Assembly: GCA_028534125.1 (NCBI GenBank)
Contig: CM052817.1
Location: forward strand, 76,882,001 to 76,946,000
Origin: Lama glama
Lineage: Eukaryota
Direction: 5' to 3'
Length of the DNA: 64,000 nucleotides
Position 1 is the stretch's first letter. Each line of letters opens with the position of its first letter. Below the pieces are notes generated by a model that did no database searches, was not told the origin of the DNA, and saw nothing but the letters and a program-made list of their open reading frames with translations. The translations under genes and the position numbers were made by a program. Positions 1 to 13,700 of this stretch are shown one piece after another.

Positions 1-120
1 AATTGGAAATAGTATTTTAAATCAGTCCTTATCAAATTAATAACTATTCAGAATTGTGATGAAATCAGATTTTTAGAGCTATCTGCAGTTACTAAAGCCA
101 TGGTCAAAATAGAATATAGG

Positions 121-168
121 TGTTTTTGTTTTTGTTTTTGTTTTTGTTTTTGTTTTTGTTTTTGTTTT
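121..168. repeat. (GTTTTT)~8 simple repeat
   Basis: Read directly from sequence. Confidence 0.95.
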
Positions 169-984
169 CTAGGCTGGTCCTAAGGCATCTAATTGTGAAG
201 GGAAAGCAAGCTAACATTCACCGAATACAAAAACTTGAAATCATCCAAGGCTGGGAAAGTATTACTAACAAGCCACTATTTTTTTTCATTAACAAATAAG
301 TATTATAAAACCTGATGCTGAAGTCTGCTAGAACTATTTCTGACTTTTATCTTAACCATTTATTTGAAACCTGTAACTTTTCGCAATTTTATTCACTCAA
401 AAGGAAGGAAAAAAGTCAGGAAAGGAAGGAAGTACTTCTCCTTAGTAAATTAATCAGACGTAAGTAATTTTCAGTCTTGTGAACTAATCCCAGCATTAAA
501 AGAGGCTTTTTTAGTATAAAATAACTCCAGGTCCAAATTCTAGGATTTATGAGGTAGAACAGGTTTATGAGACAATCTGATTGGATCAGCTATGAAAAGA
601 TAAAATTAAAATAACATAAATGAGTAGAATTATATTTTGCAAATGTAACAAAAATGAATTTTTCTTGGTTTGGTTTGGTTTGGTTTTATCACTTAACTGG
701 TGATGAAATTTTTCAGATACAGGATAAGACTCCAAAGACATGCCTTTTTTTGTAAGAAACGTCAATCTATAGAGCAAAGTCCAAGGAGTATGAGGGGTTG
801 GCAGTAATGTGTTTATCCTCCTGTTCAAAGATAGATTCTTCAGTGCCACAGTTTTAAAAATACTGGGTTTGGCAGTCTCTTAAATCTCTTCCAGCTTCAT
901 ATTCTGTGATTCTACTCTGTGTTTATCATTATTCATGATGCATCCTTAGTTTGGCCACAAGCAAGGGACCCAGCATTTTATTGT

Positions 985-1190
985 GTCATCATGTTCCAGG
1001 CACTGCTCTTTACACATATTTACATCATCCAAAACTTAGACAATCCTATGAGGTAGGTATTGTCACACATTTTTTTTTTCAAAATAAGAAAACTGAGGCT
1101 CAGGAAAGGCACTTGTCAAAGTGAAAAGTTACTCAGAGTACCTTGCAGCTGGGATTCAAGCCCAGGAGTCTTCCTCCAGAAACCACACAC
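985..1190 (-). mobile_element. MIR SINE, degenerate
   Basis: ccaggcactg...caatcctatgaggtaggtat...gaaaactgaggctcag...ggattcaagcccagg matches the reverse-complemented MIR core. Confidence 0.8.
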
Positions 1191-1489
1191 TATTATCCTT
1201 CCGAATAGCCTCCCAATTAGAATGTTGTAAGAAAGTCACAGTAAGTTATTCTGGTAGCTTGACTTGGCTTGAAGTCTTTGTCGGATGTTAGGCCGTTTCT
1301 ATTTCTGGTCTCTCTAAGTCAGCTGGCCTTCTCTCTCTTTCCATCTTTAAAGCCTCGATCCTTTTTGCTTTTACTGCTGTTTCAGGGAAGCTGGACTGGT
1401 CCAAATAATTTTTTTCCTTCGATTATAGTTCCTTTTTTGGCTCTAGAATTTCACTTCAGTTTCAGCTCAAATTTCAGTTCAGTAGCATC

Positions 1490-1925
1490 CACTCATTCAT
1501 TTATTTACTCACCAAGTATTTATGAGTGCCTGCCACACGCCAGGCAGCGGGCAGTCTTCAGTGAATGAACAGGCAAAGCCCTTGCTCTCGTGTTCCTTAT
1601 GCTTGGTGGGAGTAGACAACAATAGATGAGCATGCACATAAAACATACTAGGCACTGACATCGCTGTGGAGAAAGTAACGTAGGACAACGGAAATACGAA
1701 AGCCTGGGCCTCGGGGTGGGGCGGAGTTGTGTTGTTGCCAAGTTTATAAGGATGGTCAGGGGAAGCCTCTCTGATAAAGTAATATTTGCGCAGAGACATA
1801 AAAGAAATGTGAATCAACGATGGGACTATATGGGGAAGAGAAAAGGAACAGCAAGAGGAAAGGCCCAGAAGCAGAAGGAAGCTGGGAGTGTTTCCCTCAC
1901 AATCAGAAAACCTGGACTGGAGGCT
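1490..1925 (-). mobile_element. L2 LINE 3' fragment
   Basis: cattcatttatttactcaccaagtatttatgagtgcc (reverse of the L2 3' end), followed by ggtcaggggaagcctctctgataaagtaatatttg. Confidence 0.75.
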
Positions 1926-2704
1926 GAGAAGAATGAGTTGATGCCTGAAATTTCTTGACTCATGGATAAGTCATTCAGGAATCGCATTTTGCTTTAAAAA
2001 TATAAACCGTTTTTCCAGAAAACTTATTTTAGACAATATTAATATTTTTTACATTGTTTGTTACTTTACAGGGTAAAAAGACTCTTCTCAGATATTATCT
2101 CATTTTCTCCTTAAAATACCCTATGAAGGAGTGGTGGGTCTAATTTGACTATCCCAGCCACTAACACAGGACTGGACACATAGTAGGCACTCAGTGAACG
2201 TATATTGAATTAATAAGTTGACTTATGAGTTTGATGGCACAACTTTTCTTTTTCAACTCTATCATGCTCATTTTTATTGATCGGTGATTGGATTCTAATG
2301 CAGTGAAGCCTCAGAGGCTGTGGAGATGTGTCAGGCCATCCTCCACTCTAATATGTTTATGTATTTAGTTTTTGTGGTGATTTATACTTTTTCTGCCTAA
2401 CTCTTTCATTCAGTCCTTTAGCATCTTTCCTTGTTAGTTTCTGTAGACTCAGAATTTATCTTATCTGCTATATTCTTGGAAACCATATCCCAAAGCTTAT
2501 TAAGACCTATAATGTAAAATAAAGTGATTCCAAATGAGCGCATAAAACACTTCATTAAAGAATAAGTTCAATAATGTTAATACTGACATTTGTTTTGATT
2601 TCACAGGCATTTTTCTTTTTTATGCATTTATAATTAGGCTCTAGTGGACTAAGTTGCTAAGTATACACTTGTGCCTTTACCCCAACTTTCATTTAAAAAA
2701 AATT

Positions 2705-2726
2705 TATATATATATATATATATATA
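2705..2726. repeat. (TA)11 microsatellite
   Basis: Read directly from sequence. Confidence 0.95.
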
Positions 2727-3059
2727 AAAGCATTTCAGTCCATCCCAAACAGGTTCTATGATCTGATCTAAAGCCACCCTGAAATGCTCTTCCTTCCACC
2801 AAACCCAGCCCTCATTACCTGAAGAACCCACAGGTTTGTCTGAGCACTACTTACCCCTACCAGAGCAAGGGCTCTCATCCAATGTTGATGATCTACCCAC
2901 TTTGTGCAGCATGATTAAAAATGTGCCTCTTGTAATGGAGCACCCTTAATATGTCCTCTCCATGGAAACCATCCCCCTATTTACTCTTTAGTTGTCCTGC
3001 AAAATTTTTCAGTCAAATATTATTATCTTCTCTTCTGGTTCGAAATTATTGTGGCATTA

Positions 3060-3175
3060 CCATCCATTCATTTATTCTTTCAACAAGTAGCTATTGGGAA
3101 CCTACTATGTGCCAAGGACTGCTCTGGGCACTGCAGATCTACCACTGTAAAGACAAAGGTTATATCTACTCTCTT
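3060..3175 (-). mobile_element. L2 3' end fragment
   Basis: catccattcatttattctttcaacaagtagctattgggaacctactatgtgccagg-like sequence. Confidence 0.7.
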
Positions 3176-3179
3176 GGAA

Positions 3180-3762
3180 AATTAACCATTCTAAAATAAA
3201 TATTTCAGTGGCATTTAGTACATTCACAGTGTTGTATAACCCCCGTATAAAACATTTTCATCACCCCAAAAGGAAACCCCATACCCATTCAGCAGTTATG
3301 CCTGGTTTCCCCTTACCTACCCCTGAGAACACCAGTTTACCTTCTGTCTCTATAGATTTACCTATTCTGGATACTTCATGTAAATGGAATCATATAGTAT
3401 GTGACCTTTTGTGTCTGGCTTCCTTCACTTAGCATTATATTTTCAAGATTCACCTACATTGTAGCTTGTATCAGCACATTATTCCTTTTGATGAATAATA
3501 TTCCATTGTATATATGAACTGCAGTTTGTTTATCTGTCCATCCACTGATGGACCCTGGGTTGTTTCTACCTTTTGGCTGTGGGGAATAGTACTGCTGTGT
3601 GTGAAGACATATTTGTCTGAACACCTGTTTTTAATTCTTTTGAGTATAAAATTAGGAGTGTAATTGCTGAGTCATATGATAATTTTATATTTAACTTTTC
3701 AAGGAATGGCCAAACTGTTTTCCATAGCAGCTGAACCATCTTACAGTCCCATGACAATGTGA
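3180..3762 (-). mobile_element. Old eutherian L1 (L1MB-like) 3' fragment
   Basis: tcagtggcatttagtacattcacagtgttgt, ctgtctctatagatttacctattctggatacttcatgtaaatggaatcata and aactgttttccatagcagctg. ORF 3566..3757 (VQLLWKTVWPFLEKLNIKL) resembles the L1 ORF2 C-terminus. Confidence 0.9.
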
Positions 3763-4293
3763 TTCTTAAAAGACATCTCTATCCTCTATAAGCACTTGCC
3801 TCCTCACACTTTATCTTCCCTAGGTTGGAGCAGGTTACCCTAGGTTACCACCCTTTACCTAAAGTGGCAGCCTGATTAGGTGGGTTCATCCAACCCAGCT
3901 GAGAGGAATTTTTATTAGAAAAACTACAGAAGATAAAATTGATAAAGACGTAAAATGAAAACTTTAGAGGCTACAATATATGTTGTATAATTTCTAACCC
4001 AGATTACTCTAGCTATGATGGAGTGCTTTGGGGCCAACATAGTTACTAGGACCTAAACTGAATTCTGGATGAACCTATATGTTCCATTTTTTTCTAGAAT
4101 ATTTCTGATTTTAGAATTCACAGTACCCATTACTTATGTGGCTCATAAAATCATTGATTAGCTGAATGCCTACTATGTACCAAGAATTGTGCTATAGAGT
4201 AGGCATCAAAGATTTCATATTCTCTAAGAAAAACATGCCTATAAATAAATAAATGAGAAACTGCATTGAACTATTTGAAATCAAGGAATAAGA

Positions 4294-4462
4294 CAGTGAT
4301 TCTTAGAGTGTGGTATGATGTCACCTGTCATCAAAATCACCTGGGATGCTTTAGCCCTGCTCCAGGACTATTGTTCGGAATCTCTGGGTTAAAACCCAGG
4401 AATCTGCATTTTATTAAGCTTCTCAGATGATCTTCATATACATAGAAGTTTGAGAAGCACTG
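4294..4462. mobile_element. MER5-type hAT-Charlie MITE
   Basis: Ends CAGTGATTCT...AGAAGCACTG form imperfect terminal inverted repeats. Internal aatcacctggga and cccaggaatctgcatttt are typical of MER5A/B. Confidence 0.8.
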
Positions 4463-6789
4463 AAATAGGGAATGCTTTCACTTTAGCAATTTTACAAATA
4501 ATTTGAAAAGAAAATGCTTTATAATTACCTTTTTGAGTATGAAATATGTTGAATTAATTCATCAAGATTCAAAACAGTTTATGAAAATAAAATAGCAAAA
4601 GAATGTTCCACAATATTAGTGTCAAGTCTTTAAGAGTTTATTGCACTGTCAGATCAGACATTCATTCATGTCACCATTCAACAAACAGCTACTAGCCCTT
4701 CTTCTGCTCCTGACATCATGCTGGGCTTCAGGGATTACAAGTGAACTGGACAGAATCACTACCTCACGGAATTTATAGTCCAGTTTCAATCGCACATCTT
4801 TTTAACATATAACTCAAACTGTTATTTGGTGGGGGGTTGGCTAGGGAACATTTTTTCAGTGTTTTTTAAAAAGTATTTAGCACTTTCCATTCTTAAGCAG
4901 AACAGATATGCTACTTAAGGGGTTTCCAATATAACTGTGCAACTGCTAAAATAAACCTAATTTGCTCTGGAATAAAAATAGGTGGGTTGAGATGCCTCAG
5001 TCCCCTCATATGGATTCCTGTGCCTCTCCTTCCTTTTCTGCTTTGCTGCTAGAAGCAAGTCTTTTAAATTATTAAGGTGTTAAAATTATGTTTATTGCAA
5101 CACATAAAAACCCTTTTCAGTATAATTGAGTGAATGAGATGAAGCTTATAGTTTCCTAAAGGTGCTGCATTGTAAGGAACTGTGAATTACTTTTTATGTT
5201 TATCTATTTTTTTTAAAAAGGTACAGTAGTATTTTGACTATAGCGACCATAAGCTAAATAGAATATGCATAACAATTTCAAATGAATGCTTAGTGAGAAC
5301 AGTACTTGTTTTCTATTTCCCCACTCATGTATCATTATTTGCCAATTTCAGCTCAACAAATTTTCTAGCAAAACCATCTCTCACCTGTATAGTTTAGAGG
5401 TTATGTATAATGTATGCTCTGAACCAGTTTAAGTATGTACCAAATAATTCAAGATTACTATGTTATTCTTTTCTCCTTGGCTTTCACACAACCTTTGTCC
5501 TTCCTGTTAACATAATTCAAACAATAAAATACATGAACATTGAGTTGGAGAAAAGAGAATTCACTAGGTCACTTAGAAAGAAATACAAAGCCCTGTAAAA
5601 GTTACTGTAATACAGTTACTTGGAACATCTTCATCTTTTGTCCAGAATTCTCAGTGCTGATTAGACAACTCCAAAAGTGTCAAGCTCAATTTGAAAATAC
5701 CATTTTAAAGTTTAGGCATATGCCTGATTTTACTCCAGCTGGGCAACAGTAAGAAATAGAAGATGGAATTTTGTGACAGGATGGAAAGGAGTTTTTAATG
5801 GTTGACTGAGGAAGGGATGGAGGATTCCATTCCTAGGGCTAAAATTCCACGTGTGCTAAGAAAGGTTTTAGGGCCACGTATCTGTTTTCTCATTTGATCT
5901 TCATACCAAACCCACGAGTTTCTCTGATGCCGCCTGGGGGGGCGGGGGCGGAGATAGATAGATAGATATATAGATACAGGAGCTTATAATTAGCTGCCCA
6001 ATTGTTTTCATTTACTTTAGTAAATCTATGTACATTATATATACTTAGTATTTCATTGACTAAGAAAACATTTAACTCTAAAAATTCTGTGCTGAAATAT
6101 TATATTTTTGCCTCCTGCTGAAAAACTACACTTAACACTAAAATTTCTTTCCCAGCCAGCCTTAATTTGGCTTGCCAACTCTTTTTGTTAACTTACAGAA
6201 GATAAAATAGGTCAAAATATAATCTAGGAAGCCCAGATAAGAAACAAAAATTAGCAGATGTTTTCCCACAGAATGTCACATACATAATGAGTCCTAACAT
6301 GAATCTCCATATAAAATTTTTTCACAGTTGTTTTTTTAATTTTTATCTTTTCAACTTATTTTAATTGATACATTCATTCCATTAAAGAAAGTCGGAGAAA
6401 ACCCAAAGACATATAAAATCTCCCATTTTGCTCAGTTCTCAGAGCTCAGTTTCTTTAAATTAGACCTTTTTTTTTTTAACCTTCAACTAGATATTCTAAT
6501 GCTTACAAGTATTTTTGCCTTTGTGGAATGAAGCCTTGAAATACTAAGTTAACGGGGTAGCATACAGATTCAAATTTGAAAAAATACTTTTGGAAATAGT
6601 CAAATTTTCATGTTAAATTATACTCACAATACAGTTCTTTTATAATGTTAATTGGATATTAATACTTAATACTTAATATTAACTAGTACTCTTTTAATAC
6701 TTTCACAAGCATTTTCAAATTTGCTCAAAAATTGTTTTGTTTGCTGAAGAGTAAGCAGAATTATTTTCTCCTGCAGAAATGGCTACTTC

Positions 6790-7200
6790 ATTGCTATATA
6801 AATATGTGTTGATACGCAGAGCAGTATTTATACTACATGAAAAAATGTAAACAATCGAAATGTACCACAATAGAATATAATGGTTAAATAAATTGTACTA
6901 TACCCATTTGATGTAATATTCGGCATCCATTAAAAATTTTGGTTTTGGAAGGCTAGTGTGACAGGAGAAAGCACATGATATACTGCTAAATGAAAAAGGC
7001 AAAATTCACAACTCTGCATTTTTAATCGTAATTGGTACAGTTCTAATTTTTACTTTCTAGCTCCAATTTCACTTATTTATACATCTATATATCTATATAC
7101 ACATAAGTATAAGTAGTTAGTGATTAAAATGGAATGGATTTTTATCCTATTAATTTATCCTGAGAGGTAGATTTATTTGTGACTTTAATTTTTTAATTGG
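6790..7200 (+). mobile_element. Very old L1 (L1ME-like) 3' fragment
   Basis: aaacaatcgaaatgtaccacaatag...tggttaaataaattgtactatacccatttgatgtaatatt resembles the L1M 3' end. Confidence 0.6.
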
Positions 7201-7602
7201 AAAAAAATACTGTGTTATTTTAAAGATAATCACTGATGCATGGAATTGTAAATTACCCTAAATATATACAAAGTTTTGGAACACTTAAAAATAAAGCACC
7301 ATTTTTCAATAATCAGACCACCTTTGATAGTAGACATCTATGTTCTTAGGGCTCTGGGATTGGAGGAGACCATTGAATGGTACTTCTGCAAGTGGCTGTG
7401 ATTAATGAACTCCTCCATGGCCAAAGTACTATGCACATTAGAGAGAGTTTTCTTGCCCAGAATACATGTGGTTTTCTGAATTTGGTATTAGAATAATAAT
7501 TTAGGTTCTTTTGAGTAGATTTTTTTATATTATCACTGCATTTTAGACATGTTGCACATAGAGAATATAGCAAAGTATCATTTTATATCATTTTATATTT
7601 TG

Positions 7603-7651
7603 GGTTTTTTTTAAACATTTTTTATTGAGTTATAGTCATTTTACAATGTTG
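7603..7651 (-). mobile_element. Ultra-short camelid L1 3' tail insertion
   Basis: Reverse complement reads caacattgtaaaatgactataactcaataaaaaatgtttaaaaaaaa, the same end as the copy at 13503-13700. Flanked by TATTTTG at 7596-7602 and 7652-7658. Confidence 0.75.
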
Positions 7652-8477
7652 TATTTTGTTTATAGGAATAATAGACTATTTCAGTTTTAAATAGAACAAT
7701 GCTGCATAAAACCATACAGGAATGAAGAGTTTAATAGAAAAGATGTGATCTAAGGATATTGCTGAGTACTCAGGTTTCTGGTACAAAGCATATTTTGAAA
7801 TATATATAGAAATAATGGATAAATATATAACATTGTTCTCATAGATATTGCCAAAATTTGGTCATAAAAGCAATATAAAAAATAAGAAATATTACTGCTT
7901 AAGTATATAAACTATTATCTAGAAATAAGTTTCCCTCTTCACTATACATACTCATGATATTAGTATCTGCCATTTGTTTCAATACATCTTTTATGTGTTT
8001 TTTTGTTTATTTCTAGAAGATCAAATAAATGGGTAAAATGCCACATCAAACCTGCAAAATCAGAGCTAATTATAATTTGAATCAATGTATTACAGTTGAT
8101 TTAGAGGTTAGTTCACAGGTACTTTATTTAGCTTCTAAGTCCAAAGAACAGGATAGTTTTGTTTGGATTTTTTTCCTATCAAATACTGTAAATATAAATT
8201 TTAAAAAATTATCTAGAGTCACAAAGGAAAGTTCAAGTTCCATAGTTTGGGGATTTTATTTTCAGGGAGACAGAAAGAAAAACTATTCCAATCTTAAGAT
8301 TAAAACATTGAACACACAAGAAATAATTTTTAAATGGACTTTTAATCCATATTTTTCACCACTGAAAGGAGAAAATTAAGAGAATGAAATGAATGAAGTA
8401 AGATGGATAAAGAAGAAAGTTAAGATCTAAGAGGAAGAAAAGATAGGAAGAGCCAGCTAGAATGTTCAGTTGGGTAG

Positions 8478-9750
8478 AAGAAACTGGACAGCAGCATGCA
8501 AATGACTACTTTCTCACACCATATACTCAATGTAGATTAAAGACTTAAATGTTAGACCTGAAACCATAAAATTTCTAGAAGAAAACATAGGTAGCATGCT
8601 CTTTGACATCAGTCTTAGCAATATATTTTGGATGCATCGCTTTAGGCAAGGGAAACAAAAGCAAAAATAAACAAGTAGGACTACATCAATCCAAATTTTT
8701 GAAGAAAACCATCAACAAAATGAAAAGGCAGCCTTCTGAATAGAAGATATTTGCAAATGACATATCCAATAGTTAATATCCAAAACATGTGAAGAATTCA
8801 TAAAACTCAATACCAAAAACAATCCACTAAAAATGGGCAGAGGACCTGAATAGACATTTTTCAAAAGATGATATACAGATGACCAAAGACACATGAAAAG
8901 ATGTCCAGCATCACTAACCTATCATGAAAATACAAAACCAAACCAAAATAAGATATCACTTCACACCTGTTAGAATGGCTATCATCAAAATGACAAGAAC
9001 TAACAAGTGCTGGCAAGGATGTGGAGAAAAGGGAACCCTCAGGTATTGTTGATGGGAATGTAAATTAGTGCAACCACTATGGAAAACAGTATGAAGTTTC
9101 CTCAAAAAATTCAAAACAGAACTTCCATGTGACCCAGCAATTTCACTTCTAGGTATTTACTCAAAGAAAACAAAAACACTAACTTGAAAACTGCACTGCT
9201 GTGTTTATTGTAGCATTATACAATTGTAGCTGAGATATGGAAGGTCCATTGATGGATGAATGGATAAAGAAGATGTGGTATATATATATGCAATGGAATA
9301 TTAGTCATAAAAAAGAATGAAATCTTCCCATGTGAAAACATGGACGGATCAAGAGGGTATTATGCTAAGTGAAATAAACCAGACAGAGAAAGATAAATAT
9401 CATATGATTTCACTTATATATGGAATCTAAAAAAGAAAAATGAAAACAAGACTCATAGATACAAAAAACAAATGCGTGGTTGCCAGACGGCAGGGATGAG
9501 GTAGGGAATGAGTGAAATATGTGAATGAGATTAAGAGGTACAAACTTCTGGTTATAAAATAAATAAGTCAGAGGGATGTAATGTATAGCATAAGGAATGT
9601 GGTCAACAATACTGTCATAACTTTATATGGGACAAATGGTTTCTGGACTTAGGGTGCTGATCATTTCATAGTGTGTTTAAATACTGAATCACTATGTTGT
9701 ACTCCTGAAGCTAACATAATATTGTACACCAACTATATTTCAGCAAAGAA
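8478..9750 (+). mobile_element. L1 (L1MA-like), 5'-truncated: decayed ORF2 3' part plus 3' UTR
   Basis: attaaagacttaaatgttagacctgaaaccataaaa, cacacctgttagaatggctatcatcaaaa, ggatgtggagaaaagggaaccctc, atgctaagtgaaataa and a terminal A-rich tail. Confidence 0.95.
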
Positions 9751-9899
9751 AGAAGTAAATGAGAGATGCATACTATATAGATACAGATACAATTATCAGT
9801 AATATGTACATAATTATAATTATATACATATACATGTATATATAATATATTGCTGGTAATTATAATGTCAATACCTAATATTTTATGCCATTTTGTTAG

Positions 9900-10370
9900 A
9901 GCTTATCAAGCACTCCTGCATATATTACCTCTTTTATATTCATTCCTCATCACAATTCCATGAGTTAGATAATTGTCTTCACTTTTAATAACTGAAGGGA
10001 AAGTTCAGAGAGGTAACATTTTATTATCTATCACTAACAATAACAACAACCATATTAATATTAGTAATAGTAGCAGCAGCAATTATAGAGGAGTGGCAGC
10101 TAATAATTGTTGAACACGTATCATATACTAGTCACTATGCCAAGAGCACAAATGAATTATCTCACTTAATCTTCACAACAGTGTTTTGAGGTAATTATTA
10201 TGATTCCCACTTTATATACGATGAATCTGAGGCTTGGAAAATTTGATAACATACATAGTGCTGAATAAGAACAGATCTAGAATTCCAGCTGAGACAATCT
10301 GAGTCCAAGCCTTAGTGAGTGCACTGTTAAGTCCCAGAGCTGGCATTTAAATCCATACCTTCTGATCCCT
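9900..10370 (-). mobile_element. Two adjacent or nested MIR fragments
   Basis: cctcatcacaattccatgagttagataattg...actgaag, then aatcttcacaacagtgttttgaggtaattatt...atgaatctgaggctt. Confidence 0.7.
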
Positions 10371-11979
10371 TATCTGATTTTCCTTCCATAAGGAGAGAAA
10401 GAGAAAAGCTCAGCCCTTACACCAAGGCAGCACCCCTCCCCACACCTCCTGACACCAAGGTTGTGTGTCCCGTTCCTCACTTTGTCACTCCTCAGCTAGC
10501 CAAATTCTCTTTCCCCTGCCCAAACTGTACCTAGCCCTTGTGAGGATGGGATCTAACTGGTCCCCAGTGACACTGCCATCAGTTTAACCCTTTTGCTTCT
10601 ATAGTTAGGTGTGGAAATCCACAAACAGGCCTGCCTTCCATATATGAGTGCCCTCAGGACCCACATATCACATGGTTCAGTTGTGAAATGAAAGGAAGTT
10701 GTTCATGTAAACAGAGTAAGGATAGAAAAAGAAGACTTAGATACTTAAATTTCAAAACTTACCATTTGTCACATGAATTTAAATTTGAGATTCAAAAGTT
10801 CTCTTCCTCTGCTTTTACACAAGGAGAATCACTTGCATTCACAGAGAAAGCATACAATCATGGCATGGTCTCTGAATAAAATATCTATCTGTTTATCCCC
10901 CCAAAAAGATTGAGACCATGAATGAACATGACGAGGCAGGACTTCCAGGTGTTGCTACACTATTAAGAAAAGGTTTTGTTGTGGACCCAGCCAGCGTACT
11001 GTGGAGAGGAGGGGAAAGATTTGGTGTAGTAGAGGGAAAAAAAAAAGTCTCTAATTTGGAATCAGGTGATCTATATCCTTAACCTAGGATCTACCATGAA
11101 TTTATCTGTAAAAATGAGCAAGTCATTTCTCCTTAGTTTCTTCATGTGTAAAAGAAGTGGTGACTAAGAGCCTTTACCCATCTACCATTCAGTGTTAACT
11201 TTCTGCCTAGTTGGGGTGGATAACTACCATGGTCTGGGGCAGGGACTTGGGGGCAGGGCAGAGAGAGAAGGAATATAAGAATGGGAATTTAAATATGAAT
11301 GAGAAAGAAAAAAAGGAGAAGAAGAAAGGGAAAAAAAATCCATTAAATACTCATAGCATGATAAATACTTTATGGGATATAACAAGTAAAACTCTGATTC
11401 AAAATACTCTTGGAAGTAAGGGGTCCTGTTTGTCTCTCTGTTTTTCAATGAAAGAGCAAATTAGAGATTTACTTTACCACGATATCCATTCTTGAAGAAA
11501 AGTCACTATCTTTGGGAGATCTAATACTTAAAGATTGAAAAGTGTTGGATTTTGAAGACAAGAGATGTATCTGAAAAATAACAATCTGTTTCTTTCAACA
11601 TATGTTCTTGCATAGTTCCCCTTAGAGTTTCCCTCTTTTAGCAGATGGTGAACTATGTCCCTGAGGGGGGTAAAAGGAGACGTATTTTATGTACTAGGTA
11701 CTAGTTCCTTTGATACATGAGGAATAAACTTTTTACCTAACTTCCTTTTTCTAGCTGACACTCTTTGCTGATTTATTACAAGCTAAAGGATAAATATATG
11801 TATGGGTTTATGTAATCTCAAAAGCATCTCTCTAGCTATAAAGTGGTAAGGAAACTACTTTCCATCATTGAATTCTCTCAAGTATAAAGGAGTAGTTTTA
11901 CTTTTTGAATGCTGAAGGAAGATATCTTCTCAATGCCATTCTCTACTTGATACATTTTTTTTTAAATTATGTATTTCAG

Positions 11980-12067
11980 GCCCTGCTTGATACTCAGAAT
12001 CTTTTACGTGCACAAATCACAAATTTTACGTTCAACCTGGGATTTTCAGGGAAATTTTACCATACAG
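11980..12067 (+). CDS. NDST3: NDST3 internal coding exon (probable exon 3, 88 nt, phase 0 to 1): [30 protein letters not shown]
   Basis: Acceptor tatttcag ends at 11979 and donor G/gtaaga starts at 12068. The peptide matches the NDST N-deacetylase region ([15 protein letters not shown]) and sits inside ORF 11905..12099. The terminal G joins GA of the next exon to give Gly. Confidence 0.95.
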
Positions 12068-12084
12068 GTAAGAAAAAGGAGCTT

Positions 12085-12215
12085 AACTGTCCTCATTAAG
12101 GCCTCTCTGACCACTCTCTTTAAAATCGTGACCCCTCCTCTTCACACCTTCCTATGTTCCCTGTGACTCTCTCCTATTTTATTTTCTTCATATTATTCAG
12201 TTTCATTTAACCTAT
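12085..12215 (+). mobile_element. L2 fragment starting about 18 nt after the exon 3 donor; apparently continued at 14740-14850
   Basis: aggcctctctgaccactctctttaaaat is an L2a 3' region motif. The distal part tgtctttcttccctcactaaaatg...gaatgaatgaa lies at 14740-14850. Confidence 0.65.
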
Positions 12216-12379
12216 TACTTTTTAACCTTCACAAAATGTTCATAGTTTGAAAGTTTATTCACCATGTTACATTCTAATGACCTTTCTTTTCTATTGAACT
12301 ATAATTTGTATATATAAAAGTGCATAAGTAATAAATATAGCGAAAGCTGCGTATCCAGCATGCAGATCAAGAAAAAGAA

Positions 12380-12747
12380 TCAAATGATATCACTTTTAAG
12401 TGGAATTTTTTTAAAAAGATACAAATTTTATTTACAAACCAGAAATAGACTCGCAGACATAGAAAACAAACTGTGGTTACCAGGGGGAAAAGGAGGGGAG
12501 GGACAGATTAGAACTTTGGGATTAACAGATACACATTACTATATATAAAACAGATTAAAAATCAAGGACCTAATGTATAGCTCAGGGAACTATATTCAGT
12601 TTCTTGTAATAAGCCGTAATGGAAAATAAACTGAAAATATATATACGTATCTATGTATATGTATAACTGAATCACTTTGCTGTACACCTGAAACTAACAT
12701 TGTAAACTGACCACACTTCAACAAAAACATAAGAATTTAAAAAAAAG
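12380..12747 (+). mobile_element. Cetartiodactyl-type L1 3' UTR fragment nested in the older L1
   Basis: atttacaaaccagaaatagactcgcagacatagaaaacaaactgtggttacc...gtataactgaatcactttgctgtacacctgaaactaac plus an A-rich tail. Confidence 0.9.
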
Positions 12748-13502
12748 ACACTACTACCAGAATCTCACCTACCCTCTCCCTTATGCTGCCTTATAGTCAC
12801 TAGCTTCCCTCAAAGAAAACCACTATCCTGACTTCTAATATCATAAATTAGCTTGCCTGGCTTTGAGAGATATGTAAAAGGAATCATATTCCATGGACTC
12901 TTCTGTGTACAGCTTGTTTTGGTCAATGTTATTTTAGTTTCACAGATATTATTATGTATAGTAGTAATTTTTTCATTTTTACTACTTTAAAGTAGTCCAT
13001 TGTTTGAATTTACCAAAATTTCTTTATTCCATTACTTTACAATGTAGATGTTTGGGTTGTTTCCAGTCTCCGGCTTTTTTTGAATGGTTGCGTTAAGAAC
13101 ATTTTTGCATCTGTCCTACAGAGGCCATAAGAATTCTTTTCTGTTCATTATCAACCAGGAGTAGAACTGCAAGTTACATGGGATGCTTATAATCAGCTTT
13201 TAGAAGAAAATGACCGTTTTTCAAAGTGCTTGTACCAATTTATATTTCCAACAGTATATGAGTTTTTCTGTTGCTCTCCATTCTCACCAGGATTTGATAT
13301 TGTTTGTCTTTAATTTTAGCCTTTCTGGTGGCCATGTAGAGATATTATCTTATGGTTTCAATGCACATTTCACTGATGAGTAGTGAAATTGAGCTTCTTT
13401 TAATATATTTATTGACCTTTTGGATATCCTCTTTTTGGAAATACCTGGGTGTTTTTTTAAATTGATTTGTAGAAATTCTTTGTATATTCTTTTTCATTTG
13501 AG

Positions 13503-13700
13503 GTTTTTTTTCTTTTTTTATTGAGTTATAAGCAGTTTACAATGTTGTGTCAATTTCTGGTGTACAGCACAATTCTTCAGTCATACATGAATGTACATAT
13601 ATTCATTTTCATATTCTTTGTCACCATGAGCTACTATAAGATATTGAATATATTTCCCTGTGCTATACAGTATAAACCTGTTTATCTGTTTTATATATAC
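13503..13700 (-). mobile_element. Camelid-type L1 3' end nested in the older L1
   Basis: T-rich tail, then ttattgagttataagcagtttacaatgttgtgtcaatttctggtgtacagca...ttccctgtgctatacagtat. Confidence 0.9.

Noticed and set aside
5930..5977. G-rich GC-box-like run (gggggggcgggggcgg) as an internal promoter or G-quadruplex
   Set aside because: Isolated, no CpG island, lacks four clean G3 tracts, and abuts a GATA/TA simple repeat.
11905..12099. ORF track entry as a standalone 64-aa protein
   Set aside because: It is NDST3 exon 3 plus flanking intron sequence that happens to be in frame.
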